From positions 197,594,001-197,658,000 of the forward strand of contig OZ024740.1 in assembly GCA_964016885.1 (NCBI GenBank): 64,000 nt of DNA, in the 5' to 3' direction. The DNA is from Eledone cirrhosa (lineage: Eukaryota). This document shows, piece after piece, positions 28,154-42,343 of this stretch (positions within the stretch are counted from its first letter, which is position 1; the number at the start of each line of letters is the position of its first letter). Under the pieces are notes generated by a model. It saw nothing but the letters and a program-made list of their open reading frames with translations, ran no database searches and had not been told where the DNA came from. A program made the translations under genes and the position numbers.

Positions 28154-28834
28154 AGGTATGTTTTTGCTATGAAGCAAATAACCACAACACACGAGTTATC
28201 ACTATAAAATAGGTGTGAATAAATCAATAGATAGTTTATGACGTGCGTAGGAGTTTGAAATTTTAAAGTAAGTTTTTGATAACCGAGCAACGAACTACGG
28301 CAGACGAATTATCATTATAAAATAGTTGTAAATAACACCTTTAGGCAGTAAAATGTTATACCCCCGATATATTCCCAATTATTTTGTAGTGATAGTTCAT
28401 ACGTAATGGTTCTTTGCGCAATAGCAATGTCATATTTTGAAATTTCAAAAGACAGACGTGAGTAAAACAAGAAATCAGTGAAAAGAGGAGAGAAAGTAAG
28501 TGTTATTGTTAGTCAAGCACCATGGAAATATATATCTAGTAGGTGGCGCTGTGATCAAATCTCCTTTTGGTGTCGATAAAATTTCAAGTACTTTAATCTA
28601 AGTTTCTTATACAAGAGATGATAGCTGAGAATCTCGAATGAAGATTAGTAAGGAATTGTAGTAGTAGTTGTTGTCTAGCTCCATATCAGACTTGATCCAG
28701 TAGCCATAATCCAAAATGATATATACGTGACTAACCTCTTTTATTACCCGTGTATAACGTTTTTCTTCCACACTTCCATTCTCAAAAGGCATGGTTATGG
28801 GTACTGTTCCTCTTTCTCCTCTGATTCTCTCATT

Positions 28835-29073
28835 TTAACCCTTACGTTACCATATTTCTAATGAAATGCACTGCCTATATATTTCAATTCATTTTGAAAG
28901 AATTTAGTCAAATAGCTAACGCTTTTATGATTAAACTGATGTTCGGGACATAAGAAAGTCCTTACATAAACCTATGACGAAAGCTTTTAAGATGAGTATG
29001 AACACTTTAAAAGAGGCAGGTTTTGTATCTTAAAAGCAATTCGGTTTCAGGTGAGTTGGTGTCAAAAGGGTAA
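28835..29073. mobile_element. Possible MITE with TTAACCCTT..AAGGGTAA termini
   Basis: Imperfect terminal inverted repeats starting TTAA-CCC. Confidence 0.35.
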
Positions 29074-29669
29074 TAAATGAAAACAAACAGGGCATTTCTG
29101 GGTCATCGAAACATTCAACTATGTTGATTTAAACAATTTAAGCTGGAATGGAACGGTATGAATCTCCGCTTGTTTCGACATTGAGCATTTGGTTGATCAA
29201 TCAACTGAACCTCTAGCAACAGAAGAAGCAATAAAAAACTCAGTAACTTCTCAGGATAGACAGGCGTCATGAAATTTGAAGTAGAAAAACCCGCATGAAA
29301 GCGAGCTGTCAGTTTTTAAGATGAGGCAGGTGTACATTGCTGCCGTATGGTACTATCACAATAAAATTTATCAAACGTCTTACCCACTTCATCAGTACTC
29401 CCACAATGCCATTTACGACATTCACAACATTTCAATAGATTTGTTGGTTGTTTTATTTTTGTGTACAGTATGTTATGATTATTTTAAACACCCTTGAATA
29501 TCTTTATGTGTAATATTTTGTTATTGGATTTTTTCATCACCATCATCATCGTCATTATCATTGTTTTCGCCGTCATCCTCATTATTATCATCATCATTAT
29601 AGTCGTCGTCGTCCTCCTCCTCCTCCTGCCCATCACCATCATCACCATCATCACCATCATCACCATCAC

Positions 29670-29708
<39 letters not shown>

Positions 29709-29844
29709 AATCGTCATTACCGTTGTCGTCCTCATCCTTGTCGTTGTTGTCCTCCACCTCATCCTTCTTCTCCTCAGGCCCATCATCATCATCATCGTCG
29801 TTGACATCGTCATGATCACCATTATTATTGGCAGTATCGTTAGT

Positions 29845-30040
29845 GCGGTAGATTGGCAGTATCGGTAGAGGGTCGGACGCCATGGTTTGCAGCATAGAGT
29901 TACGGGCCTTTACGATCTGAGTTCAAATCCCGCCGAGGTTAACTTTGCCTTTCATCCTTACGGAGTCGATAAAATAAAGTACCAGTAATGTACTGGGATA
30001 ATTGCTGGCCTTGTGCCTAAAGTAGAAACAATTATTATTG
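29845..30040 (+). mobile_element. Full-length tRNA-head SINE
   Basis: TGGCAGTATCGG, GTTCAAATCC, conserved core, (ATT)n tail. Confidence 0.88.
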
Positions 30041-30894
30041 TTATCATTATCGTCTTCATCATCAGCACCGCCCTAACTTGAAGAACACTACAATTAATAA
30101 CCGACGCACACAACACCGCCCCTATTTCAACCTATCTCACGGTTTCAATCCTCGATAGAAATGAGTGGCCTGCTCATTTATGGATCTTCCGTCGGTTTCG
30201 ACAAGGAGTATTCCGGCAGTTCGACCAACAGACCAGTTAATTTGTGAATATAACGTGCAAGTTGCTGAACATTTCACATACACTTGTACTCAACTTAATA
30301 ACCAAGGAAATACAGCGTGGTACAATGCCGGCCTTTTGAATTACATGTAGAATTTATCTGACCAGCTTCAACACAGTTTCTTAATTTTATTTACAAAGCT
30401 TGGGTTAACCTAAGATATGAAAATTGCACTTGCCTAAGATTCCGCACGGTGGGATAGATCGAATTCAGGCCCGCATGATTGCGACGCAAACTTCTTAACC
30501 ATTCAGCCACATCTGTGTCCATAATGTGTGGCTTACATAAACAGTCATTCATTGTATATAGTTTCAGAACTATCACCAGCCGTTCTTAGTCAATCTAAAT
30601 GCTTTACACTAACTAATTTAGTTTATCTTCTTCTAGAGTTCAAAGTTACTCAGTGGGTTCTCCTGTATACTCCCAGGATGTCACTGCCAGTACACTGGAG
30701 TAAGAAGACTCAAGCTTGGTCTTAATAATGAATATATTAATCTCTTATATAGTATTGAGTTTTCATTTTCGTGATTGCTATTACTAAACACACACACATA
30801 TATAACACACACAAGTATATATATGTATGTATGTATATATATTATAGGTGTGTGTGTGTGTGTTTGGTTGTGTTTGTATATATATATATATATA

Positions 30895-31504
30895 TGTCAG
30901 GTCACCAGTTGGTGCTAGTGGTAACATGTATCCCAGTACAACCTGTCTCATGGTCGGGTCGTTGGCGACTAAACTGACAACCCCACCAAGGTTTCTTGGT
31001 GAGGAGGGTGACTTTGGACATCCTGCAGGACTAAAAACAAAACCTGTCAAAGGGCAAAGGAGCTCTTAAGAGTCAATGGCCATCCAAAATCACCGGGAGA
31101 GATGACCCCTTAGCCTTTGTCAAGGCAGAATTCTAGGAGAAGGAAAACTCTGATATAACACCTGCAACCCTGATGGTATCCAATGATGTTGACTTGTTCT
31201 TCTTTTTGGTAAATATCATCTTGGTTAAGAGAGTGGGACTGGCTTTGTGCAGTGCCTTTGCTCACTATAAAAGCTTCACGGCACAGGCATTGCTTTATAT
31301 CTGGAGATCTCTCTGCACTTGTCCTCACATGGTACCATGGGCCCAGAACTATGTGTCAATAATTGTCACAAGTGTAGTGTTTGTACCAGAGTTTTCAAGT
31401 CGCTGGCTGGACTAAAAAGTCACACTCGTTCAGCGCTTCGGTAGGGGTTCTCCTACATGGATATAAAGTAGTGGCCGTACTCGAAAACGAGTTGGCAGCC
31501 ACCA
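30895..31504 (+). mobile_element. ~610 bp RTE-dependent element, copy B
   Basis: Near-identical to 16741-17350; flanked by (TA)n. Confidence 0.75.
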
Positions 31505-31578
31505 TATATATATATATATATATGCGCATATATATATATATGAATATATATATACATATATATATAATATATATGTAC

Positions 31579-31645
<67 letters not shown>

Positions 31646-31648
<3 letters not shown>

Positions 31649-31924
31649 ATAATAATAAATTTGAAGACTAAAATCCAAAGAGGGCTCGATAAGGATAAAT
31701 ATATATCAAATATATAAGAACCGTAGAGCAAATATTTATTAAAATAACAGATTAAAGTTCAAGCAAAGAATCGCTGCTTTCACCCTTAACGGGATCTTCT
31801 GAAACTTTGCTTAAACTTTAATCTGTTATTTTAATAAATATTTGCTCTACGGTTCTTATATATTTGATATATATTTATCCTTATCGAGCCCTCTTTGGAT
31901 TTTAGTCTTCAAATTTATTATTAT

Positions 31925-31927
<3 letters not shown>
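31646..31927. mobile_element. Fold-back element (~120 bp inverted arms) in (TA)n with HHR-like spacer
   Basis: Arms near-perfect complements; spacer reverse strand CAGAAGA T CCC gttaa GGG T GAAA; related copy 55681-55835. Confidence 0.8.
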
Positions 31928-31983
<56 letters not shown>

Positions 31984-32005
31984 TATATATATGCGTATAT
32001 ATATA

Positions 32006-32049
<44 letters not shown>

Positions 32050-32158
32050 TATATATATACGCATATATATACGCATATATATACGCATATATATATATAT
32101 ATATACGCATATATATATATATATATATACGTATATATATATGTATGTATATATATAC

Positions 32159-32190
<32 letters not shown>

Positions 32191-32245
32191 GTACATATAT
32201 ATATATATATATATACATATATATATGTATACAACCACATACAAC

Positions 32246-32280
<35 letters not shown>

Positions 32281-32292
32281 GCGCATATATAT

Positions 32293-32327
<35 letters not shown>

Positions 32328-32344
32328 CGCATATATATATACGT

Positions 32345-33195
32345 ATACAATATGTTGAAAAGTAACACACTAGAGAGAGATACAGTGCGCCATCAATAAA
32401 ACAGGGAAAAACCACCAGTGTATGGAATCTATAACCTATGGAAGGCAGAATATAGATACGATAATTAAAAATATAAATTAAAGCGTAAATAAATACCTCT
32501 ATAACTATATAACACACGTACAAATCCGTAGTGATCTGTTTCGCCATTAAGTTGTTGAGAGAAGTGAAATAACCCAGGTTCATCAGCTTGTGTTAGGCTC
32601 TACATTTCAGACAAGACTAAGAGAATTTTTAAAGCGACCGTCCAACTACACGTGGTAGAGAGAAGTCACAGCGTGTTTAAGGGCAGTGAACCAGTGGTCT
32701 CTGAGAGACGAGTTGCTAGAAAGGGCAGCCTAAAACCACTCAGAGAAGTGTGCTCAACTAAAACAGAGAGAGAGGAAAGACTGGTATACGGAGCGAAATA
32801 TCACGATACATTAACGGAGCCATAGCCTCTCGCTATTCCCTTTCAATAATGTGCTCAAAGGAGAGGAAATCCTGGGCACTTTAGGATACAATATGTTGAA
32901 AAGGTAACACACTAGAGAGAGATACAGTGCGCCATCAATAAAACAGGGAAAAACCACCAGTGTATGGAATCTATAGCATATGGAAGGCAGAATATAGACA
33001 CGATAATTAAAAATATAAATTAAAGCGTAAATAAATACCTCTATAACTATATAACATCCGTACAAATCCGAAGTGATCTGTTTCGCCATTAAGTTGTTGA
33101 GAGAAGTGAAATAACCGAGGTTCATCAGTGTGTGTTAGGCTATACATTTCAGACAACACTAATAGAATTCTTAAAGCGACCATCCAACTACACGT
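32345..33195 (-). mobile_element. Retrozyme/pLTR-like element: two ~310 bp direct repeats (period ~540 bp), each with an HHR-like core
   Basis: 32345-32653 matches 32886-33195; reverse strand CTGATGA..GGC GAAA CAGA TC at 32528-32592 and 33070-33134. Confidence 0.7.
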
Positions 33196-33225
33196 ATATA
33201 TATATATGTGTATATATACACATAC

Positions 33226-33357
<132 letters not shown>

Positions 33358-33502
33358 GTATATATATATATATACATACGTGTAGTTGGATGAATTTTTA
33401 AAGCGACCATTCAACTACACGTATATATATATGTGTATATATGCATACATATATATATATACATGTATTTATATATGTATTTATATATATTTATATATAT
33501 AT

Positions 33503-36500
33503 ATACAACAGAACAAATCCGCTTCTTAAAACACTGTGTTTCCTCCAAAACATACACAACAAACATATCAAAACAAGTAAATAATTTATTATTGAACAAA
33601 ACACAAGCTGAACGGCTAAAACACACAATAACAGTTAATATGAAAAGAACAACATACACAAAAGTCAACGCACTCTACAGACAAAAACGCATCAACGGTA
33701 AGGAAATCCGAAATCTCATCACAGCAAACGAGAGAGATGACTTCATGAGCGTCATCCGACGCGAAACGAAATATGCTCAAAACGAATGCTGTAGGCATTT
33801 CAAGAAGAAATTAGAATGGATGAATAAGAAAAAACTACAAGAAAGGAAAATCGAATATTCTCAAAAATACCCAGATAACATCGACAACATCCGTATGAGT
33901 GATGTAAAACTACCGGAAGAATTTACCAATGACCACACAGTAAATATCTATGGGAACACCTTAATCAGTGAACAAGAACAACAAATCCTAAAGTTACCAC
34001 CAAAATTTGCCATCTACAAAAAGATTAACCCTATGGAATGCAAAACTGAACTGGAAAAGTGTTTCACAAAAATACGTTGGAATGCAAAGGTAAACAACAA
34101 CAACAATAATAACGGTAGTAGTAATATAAACAATAACTCTGGGTATAGAAATAACAGCCATAACCATAACAATGGCAGGAAAGTGAGAAATAGTGATAAT
34201 GGTAATAATACTAGCGATAGACAGAACAACAACAACCACAATAATAATAATAATAGAAACGTTAACCACAGACACAGCAACAGTGACCACAGTAGTAATA
34301 ACGGTAACAATACGAACAACAACAACAACAATAACCACAGTGGTAATAATGGAAATAGTACATGTAGCAACATCAACAAAAACAAGAAACATAATAATAG
34401 TAACAACCACAATGGTAGAAATAGCAGTAACAACAACAACAATAACGGTGAAGTAAACAACAATACATCTAGCAATCATAACAATAATAATATTAAAGCT
34501 AATGATAGAAACAACAACAACCACCATGATAATAATAATAGCAACACACACAACTATGACGATAGAAATAACGACAACCCCTTAGAGAAACTATTTTTCA
34601 ACCCAGCTGACAAAACATATAAGATGGGTAATATCTATCCTACGAGGTTACCCTTTAATAAAAGAGTTTGCATACCACAACAAATAGATGACGAGACGGA
34701 GGCACAGTTCACCATAGCTAGAAATAAGATTAGACAAGTAGTAGACAGGTACACTATGAGACAGAGCAGACCAGAGGCCCAACAACTTGGGATAAAACCT
34801 GTAGAAGGCTTGGTTAGCCTCAAGCAGCGCACAAGGGATGGTGAGGTAGTGTGTCTACCCACAGATAAGTCTGGTAGGATGTCAATAGATAGCATGCCGA
34901 ACTACATCGAGGCAATGCAACCCCACATCACCAACACGAGCGAAGTTGCACAACTAACACACGATGGGAGAGAAAAAATCCTCAACGCTCACATGATGAT
35001 GTGGACTGACATCCTAAAGCCAAGCAGACGCACTGCCAACAACTTCCAGGCGTCTAACAATGGCATACCACCCTTGTATGGGCTCCGCAAAGACCACAAG
35101 ACAGTCGACGACCCGACAACAGGACCACCAACAAGACCTGTATGCGGAGCTAATATAGCTAGCAACTACAGGATCTCCTACTTCCTCTCAATGGTTATAC
35201 GCCCCATAATCAAGATGTCCCCAGATGTATGTGAAAGTACAGAGGACCTCCTCAGCAGAATCAGTGAGTGCAACAAAAACAGGAGCCTATCCAACTGCAT
35301 AATAGGCAGCATGGATGTGGTGTCACTGTACCCATCCATTAACATTGATTTTGCTGTGAAAAGATGTGTGGAGATGATCATTGAGAGTGAGGTGGAGTTC
35401 TGCGACGTCGACACAGACGAACTGGGCCTCCTACTTAGACTTACCTACGACACTGACTACCTAGACAGCCATGACCTTAGATGTTTCTGCCCTAGTAGAC
35501 CTATAAGAGGTAGACCCCCCACCATAACCTCAATGGCTAAAAAGACTCCCATAGGAAGGTGGATTGGGTGGACCAAAGCTATACGGACCCCCCAAAACAC
35601 TGATCAGGTAAGAAAAATGGTCGCACATGCAATAGGGGCTAGTATCAAAACTACCCTAAAGGGCCACATATTTAAGTTCAATGAGAAAATCTACACCCAA
35701 AATGAGGGAGCAGCCATCGGCGTCAGCATAGCTGGCGATGTTGCCAACCTTTTCATGGTATGGTGGGAAAGGAGACTTAAAGATCTCCTTAATGAAAGCT
35801 CCATAGACCTCATCATGTACTCTCGTTATGTAGACGATATCAATATAGTTATAAGAACACCCCCACTAGAGAGCACTAACAAGTTTGATTTAGAACGTAG
35901 CACGATGGAAAGCATCCAGCAGATAGCTAATTCCATACACCAGAGTATAACTGTAACTATAGACTTCCCTTCCAAACACCCTAACAATAGACTACCTGTA
36001 TTAGACACAGAACTCTGGATTAACACTATAGACGAGAGAGCCCAAATTCTCCACTCACACTATGCTAAACCCATGGCCTCCAAATACCTGATACTCAAAA
36101 ACTCAGCAATGTCCAGTAGTGCTAAGTTTAATATTCTGATCGCAGATTTGGTACGAGTGATGAAGAATGTGTCCAGCATGTGCGACCCAACAGAAATGGA
36201 AGGACACATCCAACACTTCATCAACCGCATGCAGTTCTCTGGCTACAACCAAAGAGACAGAGTCAGAGTATACGAAGGAGCCATGGAAAAGTATAAGACC
36301 CTCATAGAACTGGACATGAAAGGAACTTGCCCACTATACAGGAGCAAATCATGGAATAGCTTAGATAGGGCTAGACATAAGATAGGGAAGGCCACATCAT
36401 GGTACGACAACCAGAGATATCAGAGTGTCATGTTTGTGGACGCCACCCCTGGAGGGAAATTAGCTAACCAGTGTAGAAAGGCCCTGAGAAAGACCCACTT

Positions 36501-36984
36501 AAAAATAAAGGTGGTAGAAAAGCCAGGAACCACCATAAAATCCCTGATCAGCAAAACCTACCCTTTTAAGAAAACCCACTGTACCAATAGGAAATGTATC
36601 ATATGTAAGGTGAACCCCCGGATAAACTGTAAAACTAGAAACGTAGTCTATAGCATAAGATGTACAGAGGGTACTTGTAGAAACACGACAACAACATACA
36701 TAGGTGAGACAGCTCGTAGCATAGGTGAAAGGATAGACCAACACTGGGGGGAACTAAAAGGACGAAAAAACGGGTCAGTACTATACGAACATGCTAGACA
36801 ACATCATGACGGTAACATAGACAACATAGAAATTAGAATAATATCTAAACATAGGAATGACCCAGCAGATAGGCAAATCAGAGAGGCCAGTGAAATAGAA
36901 ATTAGAAGACCAAAGCTAAACAGAAAGAATGAGTGGAACAACAACAACACCCAAACAAACAACACTGACCTAAGAGAAGTATAA
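33503..36984 (+). CDS. PLE ORF: Asn-rich insert, RT, zinc finger, C-terminal GIY-YIG (clade uncertain, possibly Nematis); uninterrupted, 5' end in (TA)n
   Basis: [79 protein letters not shown]. Confidence 0.93.
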
Positions 36985-37486
36985 ATAAATAAGTAAATTA
37001 AATTAAATAAAATAAGATAAATAAATACATACACAAGCACATAAACACACACTAGTCACCCAGCAGACACAACACTATACACACTAGTCACACATCACAC
37101 ACGCAAACGCATGCGCAAAGAAGACAAAATAAAATAAGATAAACAAACAAGCAAACAAATAAATAAATATATAGACGGACTGAACAAGAAAAATGGCGTA
37201 GACATACAACACAACAGGAGGAACAATGAATATAACACCACTGACGATGTTGCAGATGTGCAACGAAAGATTTATGTAAACTATATATATATGTGTTTGT
37301 CTATATTGTATCTGTATTATTTTATTTTTGACCGCCGGTCAGTCAATGGCAACATTGAGGACCGAGTAAGTTAGATCGCAGATATATATATATAAAAGAC
37401 AGCGAGAAGCGAAAACCAACCAAACAGTGAGTGTGTTCTGTTATTAATTCTGGCAATATTACGCAAATATGACCCTCCCCAAATAT

Positions 37487-37492
<6 letters not shown>
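36985..37492 (+). mobile_element. PLE 3'UTR/pLTR with HHR-like core at 37241-37270
   Basis: CTGACGA T GTTGCA gatg TGCAAC GAAA; terminal ATGACCCTCCCCAAATAYAACAATAT shared with 61956-61981. Confidence 0.7.
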
Positions 37493-37565
<73 letters not shown>

Positions 37566-37660
37566 TATATACATATATATATATGTACATATATATATAT
37601 ATGTACATATATATATGTATACAACCACATACAACCACACACACACCTATAATACACACA

Positions 37661-37824
<164 letters not shown>

Positions 37825-38413
37825 GGTAAATACACGCATATAATTATGTATGCATAACATAATTGCACAAAGAGAATAAGGTGATTATTGTTCTATAATG
37901 TAAAAATTTCAACATGTTTCTAATATTGAAATCAATAGATTAATAATGCGGAAGTTTAGATAACGGATAAATAAAGAACATCGAAGATCGATAATTACGT
38001 CTAGTGCCACTAGAATGAATCAATCACGTATCAAAGCTGTTATTAACTTCAGTTCAGTAACGAAAATTGAATAATTTTCAGAATTATAAAGAATATGAAA
38101 AATTAAACATATAAAAAGTAGAAAACAATAAAATATACCATACCAGACGTTTGGTTTAGCAGAAGGATGCCACTGTTAACAATAAATCTGTTTTATATAA
38201 TAAAAGTTATGTTTATATTGAAATATAAAAAACATAATTTATTTAGTAAGCATCCAATTGAAATTAGTCAAAGCGATTTAATTAAAAAGGCATATTTTTT
38301 CACATCATTAATGTCACGTATAGCAGAGTACAAAACATCATGAAAATACTGTATATTTTATTTCATATTTGACAATGTCCATGATGTCTTTTTATGATTA
38401 ATTATTTCCTACA

Positions 38414-38625
38414 GGATTGACAGTATCGGTAGAGCGTCAGACACCATGCTTTGTAGTATGGAGTTATGGACGTTTACGTTCTAGGTTTAAATTCCACCGA
38501 GGTTAGCTTTGCCTTTCATCCTTACGGGGTTTATAAAATAAAGCACCAGTAATGCACCAGGGTCGTTTTAACCGAATTTCCCCTTCCTCAAATTGCTGGC
38601 CTTGTGCCTAAATCAGAAACCATTA
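38414..38625 (+). mobile_element. Diverged SINE copy
   Basis: Same head, core and tail motifs. Confidence 0.8.
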
Positions 38626-38865
38626 TTTCCTACGGGATGCCTTTCTGTTGAGGAAGGGGCAAACTGCCTACCGATCGTATCTCTTTTGCAGAAGTGACAA
38701 AGAGCGAGACTTGAACAAACACTGTAAAGTATCACGTTTAACTTGATACAACAGTTCCACCGACTCACCCTTTCTACAGGCTTGGCACTACAGGACACAA
38801 ACAAAGAGTAAAACGCAAACACAGACACGTACACACACACATACACATACAGACATACACACACG

Positions 38866-38986
<121 letters not shown>

Positions 38987-39174
38987 CACAAACACAAGCA
39001 CACATACACAGGGCATAAGGGAAGCAGAGGCCCGAACGGGAGCAGCCGTTGGGTAGTTGTATACAGCAGCAAGGCAACAAGCGAAGCAGGCGTTCCGTGA
39101 ATGAACGATTGGTGTCAGTATAATATAATTGTTTCTACTTTTGGCACAAGGCCAGCATAATGTCAGTATCATAA

Positions 39175-40361
39175 TCTATAAAGCTCAGTGTGTGGCCATG
39201 CTCCTTTCTTATAGAAATCTACGATATAGAATTTCTTCAATTGAAATTTACAATATTCGAAATTTACAGTATTCGAAATAGTTTCGATTGCGTCTTGGCA
39301 CATCTCATTTTTTCAATTTCACCCACAATTAAGCAAAAAATAGATAAAACTCAATATTTTACGATTTTTCTCTGTCATTTAAACTGCTAAACTCTTTCCA
39401 CTACCATTCAAAATCTATACAACTTCATACTTTCTGCTACTTTCTCTTTCCAAGCTTGATGGTGATACTGTCCGTTTCAAAAGCAACAGATACATTTATT
39501 CAACAACAAGCGATAAATCTTTTTTAAAACCTCTTTTCCAAACGTATACAAACACACACTCACTTCAACAACAACAACAACAATCTGCCTTTTATAGATA
39601 ATGATAAACAATAATATCCTCTATGAGGTCACTAAACCTGCTAGAAACAGCAGCTAACTCCCCCCATACCACACCCCTCAATACTGTCTTAAATTTAGAA
39701 AAAATATCTTCTATGAGGTCACTAAACTTGCTAGAAACAGCAGCTAACTCTCCCCCATATCACACCACTCCCTACTGTCTTAAATTTAGAAAACACATAT
39801 CCTCTATGAGGTTACTAAACCTGCTAGAAACAGCAGCTAACTCTCCCCCATAACACACCCATCCCTACTGTCTTAAATTTAGAAAACATATATTCTATGA
39901 GGTCACTAAACCTGCTAGAAACACCAGCTAACTCTCCTCCATATCACACCACTCCCTACTGTCTTAAATTTAGAAAACACGTATCCTCTATGAGGTCACT
40001 AAACCTGCTAGAAACAACAGCTAAATCTCCCTCATATCACAACCCTCCCTACTGTCTTAAATTTAGAAAACACACAGACAACCATGCAGAACAACTCCAT
40101 CGCAGCTCTGTTGTTCGGCTGGCATCGTCTATGCGCGTGTTGCGCAAGTACTGTGAAACAATAAATTTCAACACTTTTTTTGCACAGAGATAATATCCAT
40201 AGGCGAAACTACAATTGTCACTGCTGGCGCAGCTCCTGCTTCCAGGTCTGCAATTCATTCACCCAGTGCCTGGCAGACAAAAAAGTGCTGCCATAAAATG
40301 GGTGGTGCAACCTAACTTTGGTAACTTAATGACCCCGAGCAACGCCGGGCTTTAATGCTAG
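39175..40361 (+). mobile_element. Probable non-autonomous Helitron containing a ~92 bp tandem array (39615-40072)
   Basis: 3' hairpin CCCGAGCAACGCCGGG then CTAG|T; 5' TC end at 39175 tentative. Confidence 0.6.
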
Positions 40362-41045
40362 TAATATAATATAACATAATATGATATAATGTAATATAAT
40401 ATAATATAATATAATATAATATAATATAATTGTTTCTACTTTTGGCACAAGGCCAGCAATTACCCAGTGCATTACTGGTACTTTATTTTATCGACCCCGT
40501 AAGGATGAAAGGCAAAGTTAACCTCGGCGGGATTTGAACTCAGAATGGCAAGGGCCGTAACTCTATGCGTCAAAGCATGGCGTCCATAACATAATATAAT
40601 ATAATATAATATAATATAATATAATATAATATAATATAATATAATATAACATAATATAAGGCCAGCAATTACCCAGTACATTACTGGTTATAACATGATA
40701 TAATATAATATGATATAACATAATATAATATAATATAATATAATATAATATAATATAATATAATATAACATAATATAAGGCCAGCAATTACCCAGTACAT
40801 TACTGGTACTTTATTTTATCGACCCCGTGAGGACGAAAGGCAAAGTTGACCACGGCGGGATTTGAACTCTGAATGGAAAGGGCCGTAACTCTATGCGTCA
40901 AAACATGACATCCGACCCTCTACCGATATTTCCAATATAATATAATATAATATAATATAATACAATATAATATAATATAATATAATATAATATAATATAA
41001 TATAATATAATATAATATAATATAATATAATATAATATAATATAA
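40362..41045 (-). mobile_element. SINE copies (40428-40585, 40778-40935) in (ATAAT)n arrays
   Basis: Reverse complement of the 29845 family. Confidence 0.85.
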
Positions 41046-42108
41046 TCTATATATATAAAACTGTGGTTGTCTGTCTGTCTATCGAATTTTGGCACACATC
41101 TCCTCTTAGAATCTCTCACGGAATTGCACCGAAATTGCTATACTTGTACATTGAGCCCTAGCGAAGACATCGGAAAAAAATATTTCAAATTGTGACGAAA
41201 TCGAATATAATGTATCGATTTTTGAGCGTAAGTTATCAGTTATTTCCCTTTGTTCTGTTTACATTGAGCGTCTTACGTAAAAAATTACGCTGGCTTTCTC
41301 AGCGTTTAAAATGACATTAACACAATACACGAACAGTTGTATAAAATATTGACCTGCAAAATTCATCAGTTCGAACACTAAGCTTCCGTTTTGCTTCATT
41401 TCCATTTAAAAACATTTTAAAACAATATTTTTACTTGAAAACAAGTCTATTTAAAGACTACGTAAAACAAGCAAATATTTCGTCGTTAGGCGTGCAGACA
41501 GACAGTCGTGCAGACAGACAGTCGTGCAGAGAGGTGATATACGCGTGCAGACAGATAGTCGTGCAGAGAGGTGATATAGGCGTGCAGACAGACAGTCGTG
41601 CAGAGAGGTGATATAGGCGTGCAGACAGACATAACTGATAATTTGGTTACGCTAATGTTTTTCTCTGCGTTGCAGTGTTTACATTTTCGATCTTCGTGCA
41701 GAGAGGTGATATAGGCGTGCAGACAGACAGTCGTGCAGAGAGGTGATATAGGCGTGCAGACAGACAGTCGTGCAGAGAGGTGATATAGGCGTGCAGACAG
41801 ACATAACTGATAATTTGGTTACGCTAATGTTTTTCTCTGCGTTGCAGTGTTTACATTTTCGATCTTTGTTAATAAATAACCAGTGCAGTTTCTATCCCCA
41901 GCATCCTCTTTTGTTATAACATTCGGGTTATCGTTATGTTTTCTTAACTTCATAAGGCATATTGTTGGTTGAGGGAATATTAATCAAAAACACCACATGC
42001 AAGTCTGCACAGTAGACACTACAGTTTTTAAGCCAAGAAAGAAACTTAACATTGTAACTTTAACACAGCTACTGAGCGACCCCGAGCAACGCCGGGCTTT
42101 ACTGCTAG
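41046..42108 (+). mobile_element. Non-autonomous Helitron with internal ~37 bp tandem repeats
   Basis: 5' TCTATATATATAAAACTG, 3' hairpin + CTAG, inserted at A|T within (ATAAT)n. Confidence 0.85.
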
Positions 42109-42227
42109 TATAATATAATATAATATAATATAGTATAATATAATATTATACAATATAATATAATAAAATATAATATAATATAATATAATATATTATAATA
42201 TAATATAATATTATACAATATAATATA

Positions 42228-42343
42228 ATTGTTTCTACGTTAGGCACAAGGCCAGCAATTACCCAATGCATTACTGGTACTTTATTTTATCGACCCCGTA
42301 AGGATGAAAGGCAAAGTTAACCTCAGCGGTATTTGAACTCAGA
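42228..42343 (-). mobile_element. SINE fragment
   Basis: Family core motifs. Confidence 0.8.

Noticed and set aside
28607-28830. Minus-strand ORF as host exon
   Set aside because: No splice signals; may be a decayed LINE remnant
29484-29895. Acidic Asp-rich ORF
   Set aside because: Degenerate (ATC/GTC)n repeat open in several frames
39615-40072. CRISPR-like array
   Set aside because: Whole ~92 bp units repeat with no unique spacers; eukaryotic context and no cas genes
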